From assembly GCA_028534125.1 (NCBI GenBank), contig CM052818.1:27220001-27284000 (forward strand): a DNA stretch of 64,000 nt, in the 5' to 3' direction. The notes beneath the pieces were generated by a model that saw only the letters and a list, made by a program, of their open reading frames with translations, was not told the origin of the DNA and searched no databases. The position numbers and the translations under genes were made by a program. This DNA is from Lama glama. Lineage: Eukaryota. Shown here piece after piece: positions 11,549-24,538 of this stretch; positions within the stretch are counted from its first letter, which is position 1, and each line of letters starts with the position of its first letter.

Positions 11549-13761
11549 TTTTTATAGATAAAAAGAAATTCTTTTATCTTGTTTACACTTTGTTGATCCT
11601 GGTTTTGTCTGAGAAAAACTTCCAGAGAATGATGACTTGGAGACCTTTTATACGGACTCACTCTGGGGAAGGAAATGGTCGTGAGGCAGTTGTGAGTATG
11701 CTCTGCATAAACCCAGTGACTGAGGCCCTGGCCTGAGTAAACCCCAGCCTTGCCGTGTGACTTTGGCACTTGATCAGCAGTGGAGGGAACAATAAAGTGA
11801 ATACTGTAATGCTTAATCATTTTCCTGCTTATAAATGGGCTCCCATCAAAAATTCCATTCTGAGAAGGGCGTTTTATAGAGCTGTTAACTCCTTCATAAA
11901 GATGTGGTGGATAGATTGCAAAATAACTTTAGACTCACAGAACCTTCTCGAGCCCTTCACTTTGAATTTGAATGTTGGGGTCCTTTACTTCAAATTTGGA
12001 AATGGTGGGTTACATGGAGGCGTGATTGGGCTTCCCGACATACTTAATATTGCTGTCGTTTGTTTTAATTAAACTGTAACAACCCTTTACTTGAATGTCT
12101 TTCGTTTCATCGAGCATTCATAACCTTGAGACTTAACGGCTGTCAGTGCTTTGACGTGGCCGTGGCACTTCCACCTTGAGAAACGTTCAACAAGGAAATG
12201 CCTCTCTTCTTCCCTCCTTCCATTTCTCGTCCTCCTTCCCCCAATCCCGTTCCCACTCTCTTACCCTACTTGTGAAATTTAGGCGGAGAGAAAGTCCCCC
12301 CTCTGGTCCTGATGAGTACCATAAGCACCTAATAACACCACATCTGTGCTCAATGATATGGATGTAGTGTTTCTAACTGAGGTGACATTGACTGAAATGT
12401 ACATTTCATCTGCCTCTGAGGTTATTATCTTTTTCAGATTCATTTTGCCTTCCAAGAGGGAGGGGGTGTTGTTCTTGGAATTCACAGGGCAGGTGGAAGG
12501 CAGGGTCTGTGTCGTGCTCTGCAGAGCTCTTTCCTGTTTCTTCCTCGACTTGCTGGTAGCCTTCTCATTCCCTGATCCTTCTCGCTCATTAATCTTCTAC
12601 TTGCTGCTCTTTTATTATCCTCGGGGTTTTATTTACCTTAGTCACTCCACCGGTTTATAAACCATGTCAACAAGACAATTTTATCTTAGTTTATTCATCT
12701 CATGTTGACTTCCCACACTAGGTTCTTCAGTAGACTGTTCCAGAACTCCGTCGTTCACCCCTTTGACAAGTAACTTTACATCTTGTCATCTTTCCTCTTT
12801 TCACCCTCAGATTATTTTTTCCTCTTAGCTTTTCTGAAAAAGTTTCTCTTCCTGCGGGAAGTCAAGAGGCCTCCTGATACGGTCATCACAGGCTCTAAGA
12901 CAGGTCTTGGGTGTGTTACAGCTTTGGCTTCGCAGGCGTTTCCGGATGCCTGCTGTGACGCGGGCACCGCGTGGGTCACCGGGATGGAGAGACTGAGACC
13001 TAGTCTTTCTCCTCAAAGTGTGCTTATGTCCTCAGAAGAAAATGAAGCCCCTGGCTCTGAATGTGCCATCTGGCTGGGCAATTTCGTCATCGTGGAGTCT
13101 TACATCACAGCCGTGGGTGACCGTTCAGTCCCGTGCTGTTCTTTGTGCATGCCCGTGTATGTGTGCGCACACGCATGCGCGTGTGGGTATGGTTTTGATT
13201 GGCGTTCTTTAAAAATAATGACCTTCTTGGTGGAGTTAATTTATGGATTCATAGAGTTTGCAAATAGGAAGACCTTTAAAGATGACATCATTTAGTCACG
13301 GGTCTCACAGGTGAGGAAACGGCCTCTGCAGGTTCTGGGACCGCTGTCATGTCACACAGCTAGTGGCAAAGCTGGGCGAGGAGCCAGGTTTCTGATTTCT
13401 AGTCCAGCATTTTTCTGTCCAAGTTGACTGTTGACATTTTTTCCAATTCCAAGTACTTTGACTAAGGTGTGATTCCCAGTTTCATTAAAAAAAAAAAACA
13501 AAAAACACCAGGTAGTATTTCTCTGGTACGGGGAGTAATTGCTGAAGAATTTTGCAGTGGAAGCCAGTGACTGTGGACCAAGTGCCTCCCGCGTGGGCAC
13601 ACAAACCAAATGTCTGACGTTTACCTCTCCTGAACGATCTCGAGATGGAGTTGGGTTTGTGAAAAAGAAACCGAACCAAAACTTTCTTTTTTCTTTCTGT
13701 GCTGTTTTCCTTTAGATCTTGTGCCTCACCCCCACTTCAAACAATCTTTTTTCCCCCCAGA

Positions 13762-14223
13762 TTTATTGAGAAGTAATTGCCATACATCACCTTAAAGTTG
13801 AAGGTGTACAGCATGATGGTTTGATTTATGTGTATGGTGAAATGATTACCACAGAAAGATCAGTTGACATCCATCTCCTCATATAGATATAAATAAAAAA
13901 AGAAGAAAAGAAGAAAGTTCTTGTGATGAGAACTGCTAGGGTTAATGCTCACGTACCTGTCGTTGTCGACGAAAATCATCATGTTGTACGTTACATCACT
14001 AGTGCTGATTTATTTTATTGCTGGAAGTTTGTACCTGTTGACCACCTTCCCTCTCCCTCTTCCCTCCACCTCTGGTAACCACAAGTCTGATCTCTTTCTA
14101 TGAGATTAGGGTTTTTTTTTGTTTTTTTAAAGATTCTACATATAAATGAGATCATACAGTATGTGTTTCTCTGCCTGACTTGTTTCGTGTAGCATAATGC
14201 CTTCAAAGTCCATCCATGTTGCA
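13762..14223 (-). mobile_element. L1 3' fragment (L1MA-type 3'UTR)
   Basis: aaggtgtacagcatgatggtttgat, ctggaagtttgtacc, ctggtaaccac and agattctacatataaatgagatcatacagtat. Confidence 0.85.
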
Positions 14224-14405
14224 TATTAAGAAAACCTTTTCTTTTCACTTAGTACTATTGGACAGACATACTGGTCTTTAATTATGTACGAGTTGTGAGT
14301 GTTAGGGTGCAGAGTAAATCTTAGCCTCTGGTGGCCGGGCCCCCTGTGGGCTGGGGATCCGCCAACAAACCATCCAACGCACGTGTGCTGATTCTTACGC
14401 AGACC

Positions 14406-14610
14406 AGTTTTGCTCCCCAGGAGACATTAGGCAATGCCTGGAAATGTTTGTCACTGTCACAACTTGGAGGGGTGGGGGGCGGTATCACTGGCATCCTGCT
14501 GACAAGAGGCTGGAGATGCCGTTCAACATCCTGCAATTCACAGGCCTGCCCCCAAAACAAGGAATTACATATCTGGCCCCAACGTCAGCAGTGTCAAGGC
14601 TGGGAAGCCA
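14406..14610 (+). mobile_element. MER20 hAT-Charlie element
   Basis: ttttgctccccaggagacattaggcaatgcctgg...tgtcacaact...actggcatc...aacatcctgcaattcacagg, collinear with the recalled MER20 consensus. Confidence 0.82.
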
Positions 14611-14909
14611 AGGGACAGGGTGATAATAGCTATATTCAAAACAGCTACCACGTTTTTAGTGTTTTCTGTGCCTGGTACCGTCCCGTGGCAGAGGGGTGTG
14701 TGCATTACTCTGAGCCCTAGTTTGGTTCAGGGGTCTGAGTTGACTCCTAAGGACAGGAAGAGGAAGGGGAGGGGACAGCAGACGGGGTGGTGTGGGCATC
14801 CACCTGGCGGTGGCAGGGACATCTGGGGAACTGCGGATTGTTCACTGTGGCTAAAGTTGATGAAGGAAGGACGCCAGGAGTATGTGGAGTAGCAAAGTGC
14901 AAGCCAGGA

Positions 14910-15180
14910 AGTGGGGAGCTTTGTATGCCATGCTAAGGCATTTGGTATTTATTTAAAGGCTGTAGGAAACCAAGAGGTTTGAAGGGGCAGGTCACGTGTT
15001 CAGACTTGTCTTTTGGAAGGGTAGCTTCAGTGTTTCAAGGAGAACTAATTGGAAGGAGACAACCAGAGATAAGGAGCTGATTCAGAGGCTGTTGCTGTCG
15101 TCACGTAAGAAATGAGCCAGGGAAGTGACAGCTATGGGAAAGCAGCTGAATTTCAGAGACACTGAGGCTGTTGAATCTGT
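14910..15180 (-). mobile_element. L2 LINE internal fragment (further pieces probably at ~15980-16550)
   Basis: tgccatgctaaggcatttggtatttattt...gaggctgttgctgtcgtcacgtaagaaatgag, purine-rich antisense L2 pattern. Confidence 0.6.
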
Positions 15181-17799
15181 TGCTTGGGGAGCTGGGGGAG
15201 GGAGGAGCCTGAGTCGGGTCATTTATTTCTGCTTTTGGGCAAGCACAGATAGAACCCACGTACCCCTTCCGAAAGGAGACGTGCAAGTGTCATCGACAGT
15301 CAGTGCATGTAGCAGCAAGCACAGCGTCTTTAGGGATGTCTGTCCTTCCCATCAGCTCGGGATGATGTTGCTCCTTCCAGTACCAAGGGTAGGCCTCCCC
15401 TTCCAGCACATCCGGCATGCAAAGATGGAGACAGAACTGGGCCGCTGCAATGAAAACTTCTTCCTGGAAGGACGGGAGAATGGAAGTACTCAGTAGCTAT
15501 ATCCGGCTGGAGGACAGTAACAGGACCCCTGCGCACTGGCTGCAGGATGAACTCCCTGGTTGGCCAGTTTGGCTGCTTTGGGGTTTGTTCTGAGACAGTC
15601 TCTTGTCCATTGTCTTTTGTAGCTCATCTGGGAGGGTGTATGGTTCACGTTTCAGCTCCGATGTCACCTCCCAGGAGAACTTTTCCCTGACATCCCGATA
15701 CAAAGTAGGCGTCCAGCTCTTAATTGTCGTAGCTCTCAGCGGGGCGTGCGTCACTTGCAATTATCTAGTTCCTTTACTTGTTTTACTTTTTCTGCTCCTC
15801 TTACCCCGGAATGTCAGGTCATGAGGGTGGGAGGGGCCTTGGCTAATGTGTTACTTTGAATCCTTGATACCAGGAATAATGTGTGGCTCAGTGTATTTTT
15901 TGAAAGAATGAATAAATGAAATATGTACAGAATGCTGAAGGAGAAACAGGCTCTTTTTTTCCCCCCCAAATTTTGGTGGGGGAGAGGAAGATGAATTCAG
16001 TCTTGTCTGTGATGAGTTTTAGGAATGTTTAAGTACAGGTGTCCAATAGGCCAAACATCACAAGTCTGAAGCTCAGGAGGCACATTATAGTAAAGGTAGC
16101 TAATGTTTCCTCAGCCCTTCCTTTGTGCAAGGCATGTCCTAAGCACTTCACTGCTCTTAGTAAAGTGGAGCCATAGGTCTGCAGAGGCAGAAGTTGAAAC
16201 TGTGGAGTGGTTCAGAACGTGTGCATGAGAAAAAAGTAGGGACACAGTCCTGGGGAAACACCACATATAAGAGGTGAGCAAAGAAGGAGGCACCTCCAGG
16301 AAGAAGCAACCCAGAGGCAGGGGAACTCTGGGAGAGTGTGGCATCTAGGAATCCAGGGAGGCGGTGCAGGGAGGAGAGCTTAGCGGATGTCTCAGAGGGA
16401 TCTGAAAAGTGTCTGCTGACCTCAGCCTCAAAGAAATGATGCTGGTAGGAGCTGTTTCCGGAAACCCTGGGGAAGGAGATAGGTCGAAGTTTTGAAAATT
16501 TAGAGCTGACAGTGTGGGGAAGAGCTGGCAGAGAGGAGGAGTTCGAACACGCGGTAAAGGGAGAGAATTGTTCCTGTGTGATTCCTGGGCAGGGGGGAGT
16601 TGACGGCAACCAGATAGTTCTATCTATGGTGGTGGGATGTTCTCAGCGGGAACTCTTAGTTGGTTTCTTTCATTTCCCGTGGACCTTCTGGTTTTTCTTG
16701 TTCTGTCATTTTCCCAGTGAGGCCCTACTGGCTGCCACGTTGCTTGCCTGGTCACGTTGCAGTGGGGCCTGGTTGGCCATGGCTACCGACTCAGCTGCCG
16801 TCAGCCACAAGGGCAGAGGTTCTATAGGGAGTTCCTGTGCTTAACTTCTTTCCCCAGTTTCAGCCGTGAGTTGTGTATTTACCTGAGTTACTGTGGTTTC
16901 ACATGATTGCATTTTAATTTATTTCCACTAAGCTAGGTTGCATGAACGTCATCTTTCACAAGTAGTCAGGCTAGTGGCCACTGAAATTGGTTCAGTAATG
17001 TCCATAACTGGACATTTAATAGCAAAACTTAAATTACATACATAGCTTAAGAATTTAGAAGTTTGTGTAAACTTCTCCCCCCCCCCCCCGCCAGGGTCAG
17101 GAGTTAGGTCTCCAGTTGGGCAGGTAAAGATGGAGTTTTTAGATTACACTGTTCAAATAGAAGTATGCCTTAGTTTTGTGAGATGTGGATTCTAGAATGT
17201 CTCACCTTGCTTGAGATTTTTCTGAATTTATATCTGGCTTTAACATGCCTGTAGATAATGGAGTGAAATAGTAGAGAAAATTAAGTATTTTTCTCCATGT
17301 TGCTTTTGAAAGGAAATAACATTTGATAGACATATTTTTCTTTTTTTAAAGTACTGACCTGTCTATTTGAAAAGAGTTTCCCATAAGTTTTATTGCAGAC
17401 ACTGGAGCCTAAGAAGTCATTTCTTTTGATAATCTGTTTAAAAAATGTGAACAAACTATATGATGATAGCATGGGGAAAATGTACAAAAATGGTTATCTG
17501 TAGGTTTTCTTTTAAAACTAGTCTACTTCATCAAAAGTAGTGAGTTATGCTGCTAGCACAGTGTAGCATTTAGTGGAGATGTCTTGACCAGACATCTGAT
17601 TCTTGCTCAAACAAAATGGACTGCAGATCTGAGAGGGGCTGGCTGGGGAGAAAAGTGACTCAGGAGGAGAGATGTAGTTGTGCAGGCTCCCGCAAGATGG
17701 TGAAATTTGGTACTCGAATTTTCAGTGACACTCTTGAGTATGTGACTGAGAGAGAGGCATTTAGCTCCTTCAAAGATTAGACCTTTTTATGTCTCTTAG

Positions 17800-18296
17800 C
17801 TTTTTGTTATGTGGAGTTCTTTATACTCTTAAAATTTATTGAAGACTCCACAGAGCTTTAGTTTATTTCTGGTATATTGTTTTTTTTTTTTTTTACTGTA
17901 GTAGAAGTTAAAACTGAAAATTTTACCATATTAACTCATTTAAAAATACCAAGAAGGAATTCATTAATGCTTACATCAATAGCTTATTTTTTCTGAGAAA
18001 TAACAATGTAAAAAAGTTGAGAAAAATGGCATTGCTATGCATTTTTGTCAGTTTAGCTAGTATCTGACTTAATCAAAGACGGCTGGATTCTCAAATCTGT
18101 TTCTACATCCAGTCTTTCATTTGGAATATTGCATCTTGATTCATGAGAGAACAAGAGTGAAAAAGGCAAATGATGTCTTAGTACTTCTAAGAAAATAATT
18201 TTGAGCTTATGGACCTCTGAAAGGGTTTCAGAGACTGCCTGGGGTGGAGTCAGAGAGTAGGGTGTTGGTCCTGGATGAAGCTTTGAGAATTACTGG
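17800..18296 (-). mobile_element. Charlie1/MER119-like hAT DNA transposon fragment
   Basis: gagtgaaaaaggcaaatgatgtcttagta...tggacctctgaaagggtttcagagac...ctttgagaattactg terminus. Confidence 0.7.
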
Positions 18297-19337
18297 GCTA
18301 AAAACTATGCATTTCTTGAGGGCAGAGACCATCACCTTGGTTTCCTCTTTTCTGTTCCTTAGGGGCTGGTAAACTATTCTTTATGTTGACTCCTTCAATA
18401 TGTTTGCTGATTCAAACCACCCCTATAAAATTCCCGGGGAAGGAACCATCCTGTGAATCAGGACTGAACTTCCTTTTCAGAATGCCCTGGCGCTTGACTA
18501 GTCATGCTGTAAGAGGATCTGTCCAGGTCCTTTGACTCAGCAGCCACAGAGGTGCCACTGGCCTCTCTTCACTGTCTGATGACGTCGTAGACTGGGTACA
18601 AGTCAAACTGAGGAGTGTAGGAGAACAATACACCCTTTCCAGTGCGATGAATTCTAGGAAGTCTTGGAGGTTGCTGGGAGAAGGAAGCGAGAATTGTTTC
18701 CTAGAGACAGAATGGCAAAGTCTGCAGAAGTCTTGGGGGGCCTCGCTGGCACACGGGGTCCAGTCTGCTCTCCAGGAGGCATCTGTGCTCTCCAGTTCGC
18801 ATCTGCACCACGGCGATGGCAGGTGGCCTGGAGAGCAAGTGGGAAGCAGTCTTCAGCTCTCCGAGTAACAGCACTTTCATTTGCCAAATGTGATGTTAAT
18901 GTTCTCTAAACTTCTAGTAGAAATATGCAAACTTAGACTGAAAATATGCATCCTGTTAGTGTAAAGTTTTCAGACTTGAAAAAATGTAGGTAAACAATAT
19001 CAAAAGGTATCTTAAAGTGTATGTGGTAAATGTTGCATAAAACAAGCATGTGTACAACTTACAGTGTTTACGATGGGGCAGATTTATCAGCTACATCAGG
19101 AAAGATCCTCATGAATATAGTAGCATAAAAGTGGTTGCCTTTGCATTTGACTTGCAAAGAAATGGAAGCCAAAGCATTTGAAAACAGCATGATGTTGTCT
19201 GCTTTATCTGAATGAGTAGTGGCATTTTCTAACTGCTCGCCTCTTGGGCACATAAGTCATCATGGTACATTCTTACTAATAGTCTCTGAACTTCTTTCTC
19301 TGTCCTTTTCTTCCGGGCCGTATATTGCTGCCTTTAG

Positions 19338-19418
19338 CGCTTCAGCATGGAAGGGATCTCAAATGTCATTCAGAATGGCCTCCGCCACACCTTTGGAAAT
19401 TCAGGTGGAGAGAAACAG
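19338..19418 (+). CDS. FEZ2: FEZ2 in-frame cassette exon (81 nt): RFSMEGISNVIQNGLRHTFGNSGGEKQ
   Basis: Acceptor ctttag at 19337 and donor gtgctc at 19419; phase 0-0. Matches the 27-aa insert of the long FEZ2 isoform and the FEZ1 segment RFSMEGISN as recalled. Not shown in the ORF track. Confidence 0.9.
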
Positions 19419-21563
19419 GTGCTCGGTTATCCTTATTTTCCTCATTCTCTGCTTTTTCATTCTCTGCGTAAGTGAAGGTCCTGAAAACTGGCAGTTTCAC
19501 TGATGTACTGAGACTATTGCTTAAAAGAGGGAAACAAAAGTTCATTATATTTATAGCCTTGATAATGCATAGAATTTCCCTTTAAAAAAGCATTTTTCAA
19601 AGTGCACAACAGACTAAATGCATTCTTAATACATGCTTTAGAGCTCTGTATTTCACCCTTACCTTTAAACAAGTCAGTATTAACATATTGACTTAATGAA
19701 TTGCATGTACAGAATATAAATTGTAAAAATAACTGAACTAGAATGTGCTACTCTAACTCTTAAGGTCTGAGAAACAAACTCTTTTGGGGGGGGAGAATGC
19801 CAGGTGTTGGTCTCTTTTAGACTAGAGTTCTATAGAGTACACCTTACCTATTTTTAAATGAAATTTATGTGTTTTGAAGGTGAATCATGTGGTCAGCAAA
19901 CTCAGTTGTCTGCTGAATGAGGCACGAGACATTATTTATACAGAATCATACATGGGTCTAAACATACAGTCAAATGTGGAGCAGTTTACTCTTTATTAAC
20001 ATTTTTTGAATGCTTTAGGGAGTGTCACGGACGGGGGAGGCACATCTACACTGAGTGTCCTTCAATTACTGTTCACAACTTGAAACTTTCACTTCAAAAA
20101 GAAAACTCTTCAATTTAGTTCTTATGTGAGGACTGGGAGAGTGTGCAGAGTGTAGCTGGCGGGCACTAACCAGCAGAAGGCATTTGAGCCTAGGTTTTTA
20201 CTGCAGGTGGTTCTGTGTTACTCAGGAAGGGAAAAAACTGACTTTAAATGATCCTTCACACTGATACTTGCAGCTCGTAAGTGAGCTCCATGAAGGTTGA
20301 GTTTTTATTTTATTCTGGTGCCTCTCACCTCTCTCAAGCCCACAGGATAGCAGAATATCTTCCAAACTGACCCAGCACGCGGGAGCGGGGCGGGAAGGCC
20401 TGGACGTGTGGCCAGGCAGCGTGCGTGCCAAGACGTGGCTGCCTGATGCTTCTCCGGGTTGCCCGACGGGCGTGCTATCAGCGGGGCCCCAGGAGGGCTC
20501 GTTAGTAGCATCTTGGGTATTCTTGACAAAGAAACCTACTCAGTTCTACAAATGGCATCACCGTGGAGAAGCTCACACCAAAAAGAAGGTGGAACTTAAG
20601 TTTCCTAAAGATTGAACAGTTCATTGGAACCAGTTATTGTTGAGCTATTCTGTTTTTGTTTTTTTTTTTTTTTTGAGTGGGATGAAATTACTCCAAGCAG
20701 ATGAGGAACAGAGCTGAGATCAGGGCAGGGGCTAAGTAATGGGTGGGTCCGGAGAGATGCCAAGTGACATCCAGTCATCTCTAGATAAGCATGTGCAGGC
20801 TGCACTGAACTCTACATTTTTTGATGGAGTGGCCAGAATAGGAGAATCTGGACAATAATTTTTAGATTATGCTTTCATGAGACGTAGTTATAGGACATAA
20901 CTGATGTTTTTGAACATTTACAGTAGCAAACTAGGCAGTTTGTCTCAATATCAGACATGAATTTTCATCAATAGGCCATTCTCTCCTTTCACTTTCTCCT
21001 TTAATACCTTTAAACATTTATAACTACTTAACACAATAATTTAAAATCATAATAGTAATACACCTCTAAAATCATTTAGGTAAGTGTCTTTGTTAGCTTC
21101 AGGAGAAGGCTGGTCTGCATTTTTAAAGTTATCAAGTTTTTCATGTGACTATTTTATTCAACCAGAAGTGATCTGAAACAGAACTATTTGACTGTGGGGA
21201 ACTGTTTTGTTATGCAGAATGGTTGTTTTTAGTTTAAATTACCATTTTTAAAATGTGTTGAAATATGCAAGGAGGTTAGATAAGACTTCACTTTAAAAAT
21301 GAACAAATTGGACAGATAACACTCAGACCTACTCCTGTGAAATTTTCAATAACTGAAAGGCGAAAAAATGGATATTTATGTAAACACTCGGCTTGTATGA
21401 GATAGTGGTGGGCAAAGCAGTGAGCTCCATTTGAGATAGTAAGATACCTGTGTTCATTATGAAGTGACTCATGTCACCTTGTAAAACAGACCTAGTAACT
21501 ATATCAGATTTTTGCAGAAAAGGTAATTCAGATTTAAGTGACTTTTTTTTTTTAACTTGACAG

Positions 21564-21639
21564 TACTTGACAACGGTCATTCCTTATGAGAAAAAAAACG
21601 GACCGCCATCTGTTGAGGACCTTCAAATATTAACGAAAA
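21564..21639 (+). CDS. FEZ2: FEZ2 coding exon (76 nt): YLTTVIPYEKKNGPPSVEDLQILTK
   Basis: Poly-T tract and gacag acceptor at 21563, donor gtaagc at 21640. Conserved FEZ C-terminal sequence. Confidence 0.96.
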
Positions 21640-22093
21640 GTAAGCAAAGACAAAAGTAAACTGTTACTTTATTTACTTTTGCTGATCCTAAATACTAATT
21701 TTAGTTGGCTGGGTTTGTTGCTGTTATTGTGTTGTTTTTGTCAATTTAGGATAGTAAAGAATGAAACCATAAATGGTAGTGACAACAAACACAACACTAA
21801 ATCTGTGTTGATTTTATTTTTTTCTGTTTTTCAAAAGGTAAAAAAAAAGAAAAATTACAAGTTGAAATCTTGGGGGGAAAAATGTAACTTAATTTTCCAT
21901 CACCTCTTTATTGATAAATGGTTATGTTCTCAAACATAAAGTTCCTTGTGGATCTTGTATCAGTATGACTGTCAGTAACTCAATAGGAGAGACTGAGGAG
22001 CAGTATGGCCTGAAACACTGCTTTCTTAGGAACTTAGACCCCCCAGGTAGGTAGTTACAGGTAGAACATAAATTGATAGTAATATTTTAAGAA

Positions 22094-22214
22094 CATTCAT
22101 TCGGTAAATATTTAATGAAGGCCTGCTCTGTGCCAGGCCACATCCTGGGCACTTGGGATACTTCTGTGAACAAAGCAGACAAAAATAACTTCACTTTCAA
22201 AGGGCTTGCATTTC
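22094..22214 (-). mobile_element. L2 3' tail
   Basis: cattcattcggtaaatatttaatgaaggcctgctctgtgccaggc...tgggatac...gtgaacaaagcagac. Confidence 0.72.
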
Positions 22215-23130
22215 AAAATAATTTGCTGGACTTCAGAGACATTCAATATAATATATATTTGTGATAGCCAGAAAGGAGCGCTGGATTCCAATTCCGTCCC
22301 TCTTGTTTATAGGGATGTACTTGGAAGTCATTTACCCTCTCGTGGTCACAGTGAAAAGTGAGGATGACAATATTTGTTCTGTTTACCTCATAGTAAATAA
22401 ATTAATGTATGTGTGATTTGGGGTGAGCCAGTCACTCAGCCTCGTCTTTTTTTTGAAGGGATTGAATTTGCTGATCTTTCTGATTGTAACAGTTTGTGAT
22501 AAGTATTAATTAAAGAGAGCTGAATGAGAGCATCACATGAGTGGGTGTTGATGCTGATACTGATTTTGGAAATCGAAAGTGTGGAGGTGTGGGTCAGGGG
22601 GCACGAGGAAAGAAGTGTGTCCTGTTTGCAAGCTGCCTGCCTGCTCACCTGAGGCTTTTATTTTTTTTCTCTGGGGAACAGTACTTTTTGAAACATTTTA
22701 TACTTAACGCAATGCCAGCCTGTCTAAAATAAGGAATGAAGAGATTAACTGGGAGGCCAGCCCTCTGCTTTTCGGAAAGAACTCACGAAGCTGAGTGTCC
22801 AAGATCACACAGGGGAATGGTCAGCTCCAGGGCTGCATCTCGTACTTCTCAGTCCATCGTTCTTTGTAATAATGCTGGCTTTTGGTATGTGATTTTATGA
22901 AGAACTGAAAACGAATCTAGAACACGATTGGAAGCAGAAATACCAAACATAGTATCTCTCTAAGAAGGGGGCATAAATATTGCCTAGAAGCCAGGAATTA
23001 CTCAGGGACCTCAGCTTTTCCGATCAAGGACAAACCTGTCCTTAGCCGAACCAAAGTCATAATGGTTCCCACATCAAAACGTCCTCGGCCGGTTCTTAGA
23101 TGATGTCTTCGTAGACTGACACAGTTTGGA

Positions 23131-23205
23131 ATTTTGGGGTGCACACGTGTAGGATGTGTAAACGTGGATTTTGGGGTGAGCACACGTGTAGGGTGTGTGA
23201 ACGTG
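23131..23205. repeat. Two-copy tandem duplication, ~37-38-bp unit
   Basis: attttggggtgcacacgtgtaggatgtgtaaacgtgg followed by attttggggtgagcacacgtgtagggtgtgtgaacgtg. Confidence 0.9.
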
Positions 23206-23469
23206 TGTCCCAGTTAATTTAGTTGTGAGGATGGGATCATTGTGAAGGCATTAGGTGGAAGGATGACCTTTACTTTGGAAGGTTAAGAAAAAGTGGTTAT
23301 CTCCTGAAAACTTTGGGGAGGATCTGAGCCACCTGTACCTATAGATGTTAGCCAGCAGGGAAGCCCCGGGGAGATGGTCAGCATTCAGATGTGCTTTCCT
23401 TGTAAGAGCTATTGGAGGTGTAATGATGATAGGAGTGAGAATTCGTGTACTAGTAGTTGTGTTAATAGG

Positions 23470-23700
23470 GATGGTAATGCTTCCGTAGCATATATTATGT
23501 GCCAGGCAGTGTTTTAAGTCCTTTATATCTGAATTAGTAACTTAATATTCACAACAAACCTTTGTGTGACACATCTAATGATTATTCTCATTTTACAGAT
23601 GAGGAACGGGGTGCCCTGAGTGGTTAAGTAACGTGCTCAAAGTCCCACTGCCAGGAGGCGGCAGGGCCGGGGTTCACATGCAGGAAGGCTGGTTTGACAG
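23470..23700 (-). mobile_element. MIR SINE
   Basis: tatgtgccaggcagtgttttaag...attattctcattttacagatgaggaa...ggttaagtaacgtgctcaaagtc. Confidence 0.8.
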
Positions 23701-24472
23701 TTACGCTAGGCCGCCTGGTCTACGTCCGGGAGAAGTAGGGAGGCCTTTCCCCAGGGTGCTCTGGAGAGAGCTTGCGCTGCAGCCACTGGGAGAGGGCAGT
23801 GTTCCTCGTGAGACCATCTGAACCTGGGCGGTCTGGGTGTTTTTAAACCGCTGATAACAGGAGCTGTGTCTTCTGTTTTGTCTTTGCTTGGAGATCAAAT
23901 TGTCAGAGATTCTCTTTGGGGTGAGGCTGCATCGCCCAGGCCCTCCGGAGTCTCGGGAGCAGGCAGCCTGCCAGGCAGCTTGCTTCACGGAAGTCTGTTC
24001 TTCATTCTGGTTTTTTCCTGAAGTTTCCAAGAAGGCCGACAGATTGCTCCTTGGAGAGTGTACAGCTAACTCTTCATTTACCCGGAAATGTCTCCAGCTC
24101 ATGAGGGCTGTGGCCCCGGGTCTTCCTGTTCCCCTGAGCTCAGAGAAGTGCGCGTTGTGGTAACCCGCTTGCCGGTATTTGTGGCGACAAAACTGAGGCT
24201 GTGTGTACATAACCCAGTTCCCTCTTTCCTGCCTCCACTGTTTAGCAACTTTAAGCCAGGGAAATGCGCGGAGGTAGCTGGGGTAAGTCTTGGCTGATTA
24301 AGGACACATTCATCTGTAACAGATTCTTGAACATCGGCAGTTTGTGGTCTCTTACCCAGAAAATAATCAGTTTGCGTGACTTGGTTACACCACGTAATTA
24401 ACATTAAAGTTGCAATGATTGAAATGCCCTGAATTTGAAATTGTTGCCTTTTCTTTCTTCTTTATTTTGCAG

Positions 24473-24538
24473 TTCTTCGTGCCATGAGAGAGGACAGTGA
24501 AAAAGTTCCGAGCTTGTTAACTGATTATATCCTGAAAG
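24473..24538 (+). CDS. FEZ2: FEZ2 coding exon (66 nt): ILRAMREDSEKVPSLLTDYILK
   Basis: Long pyrimidine tract and tgcag acceptor at 24472, donor gtgagc at 24539. Contains the FEZ motif VPSLLTDYILK. Confidence 0.96.
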
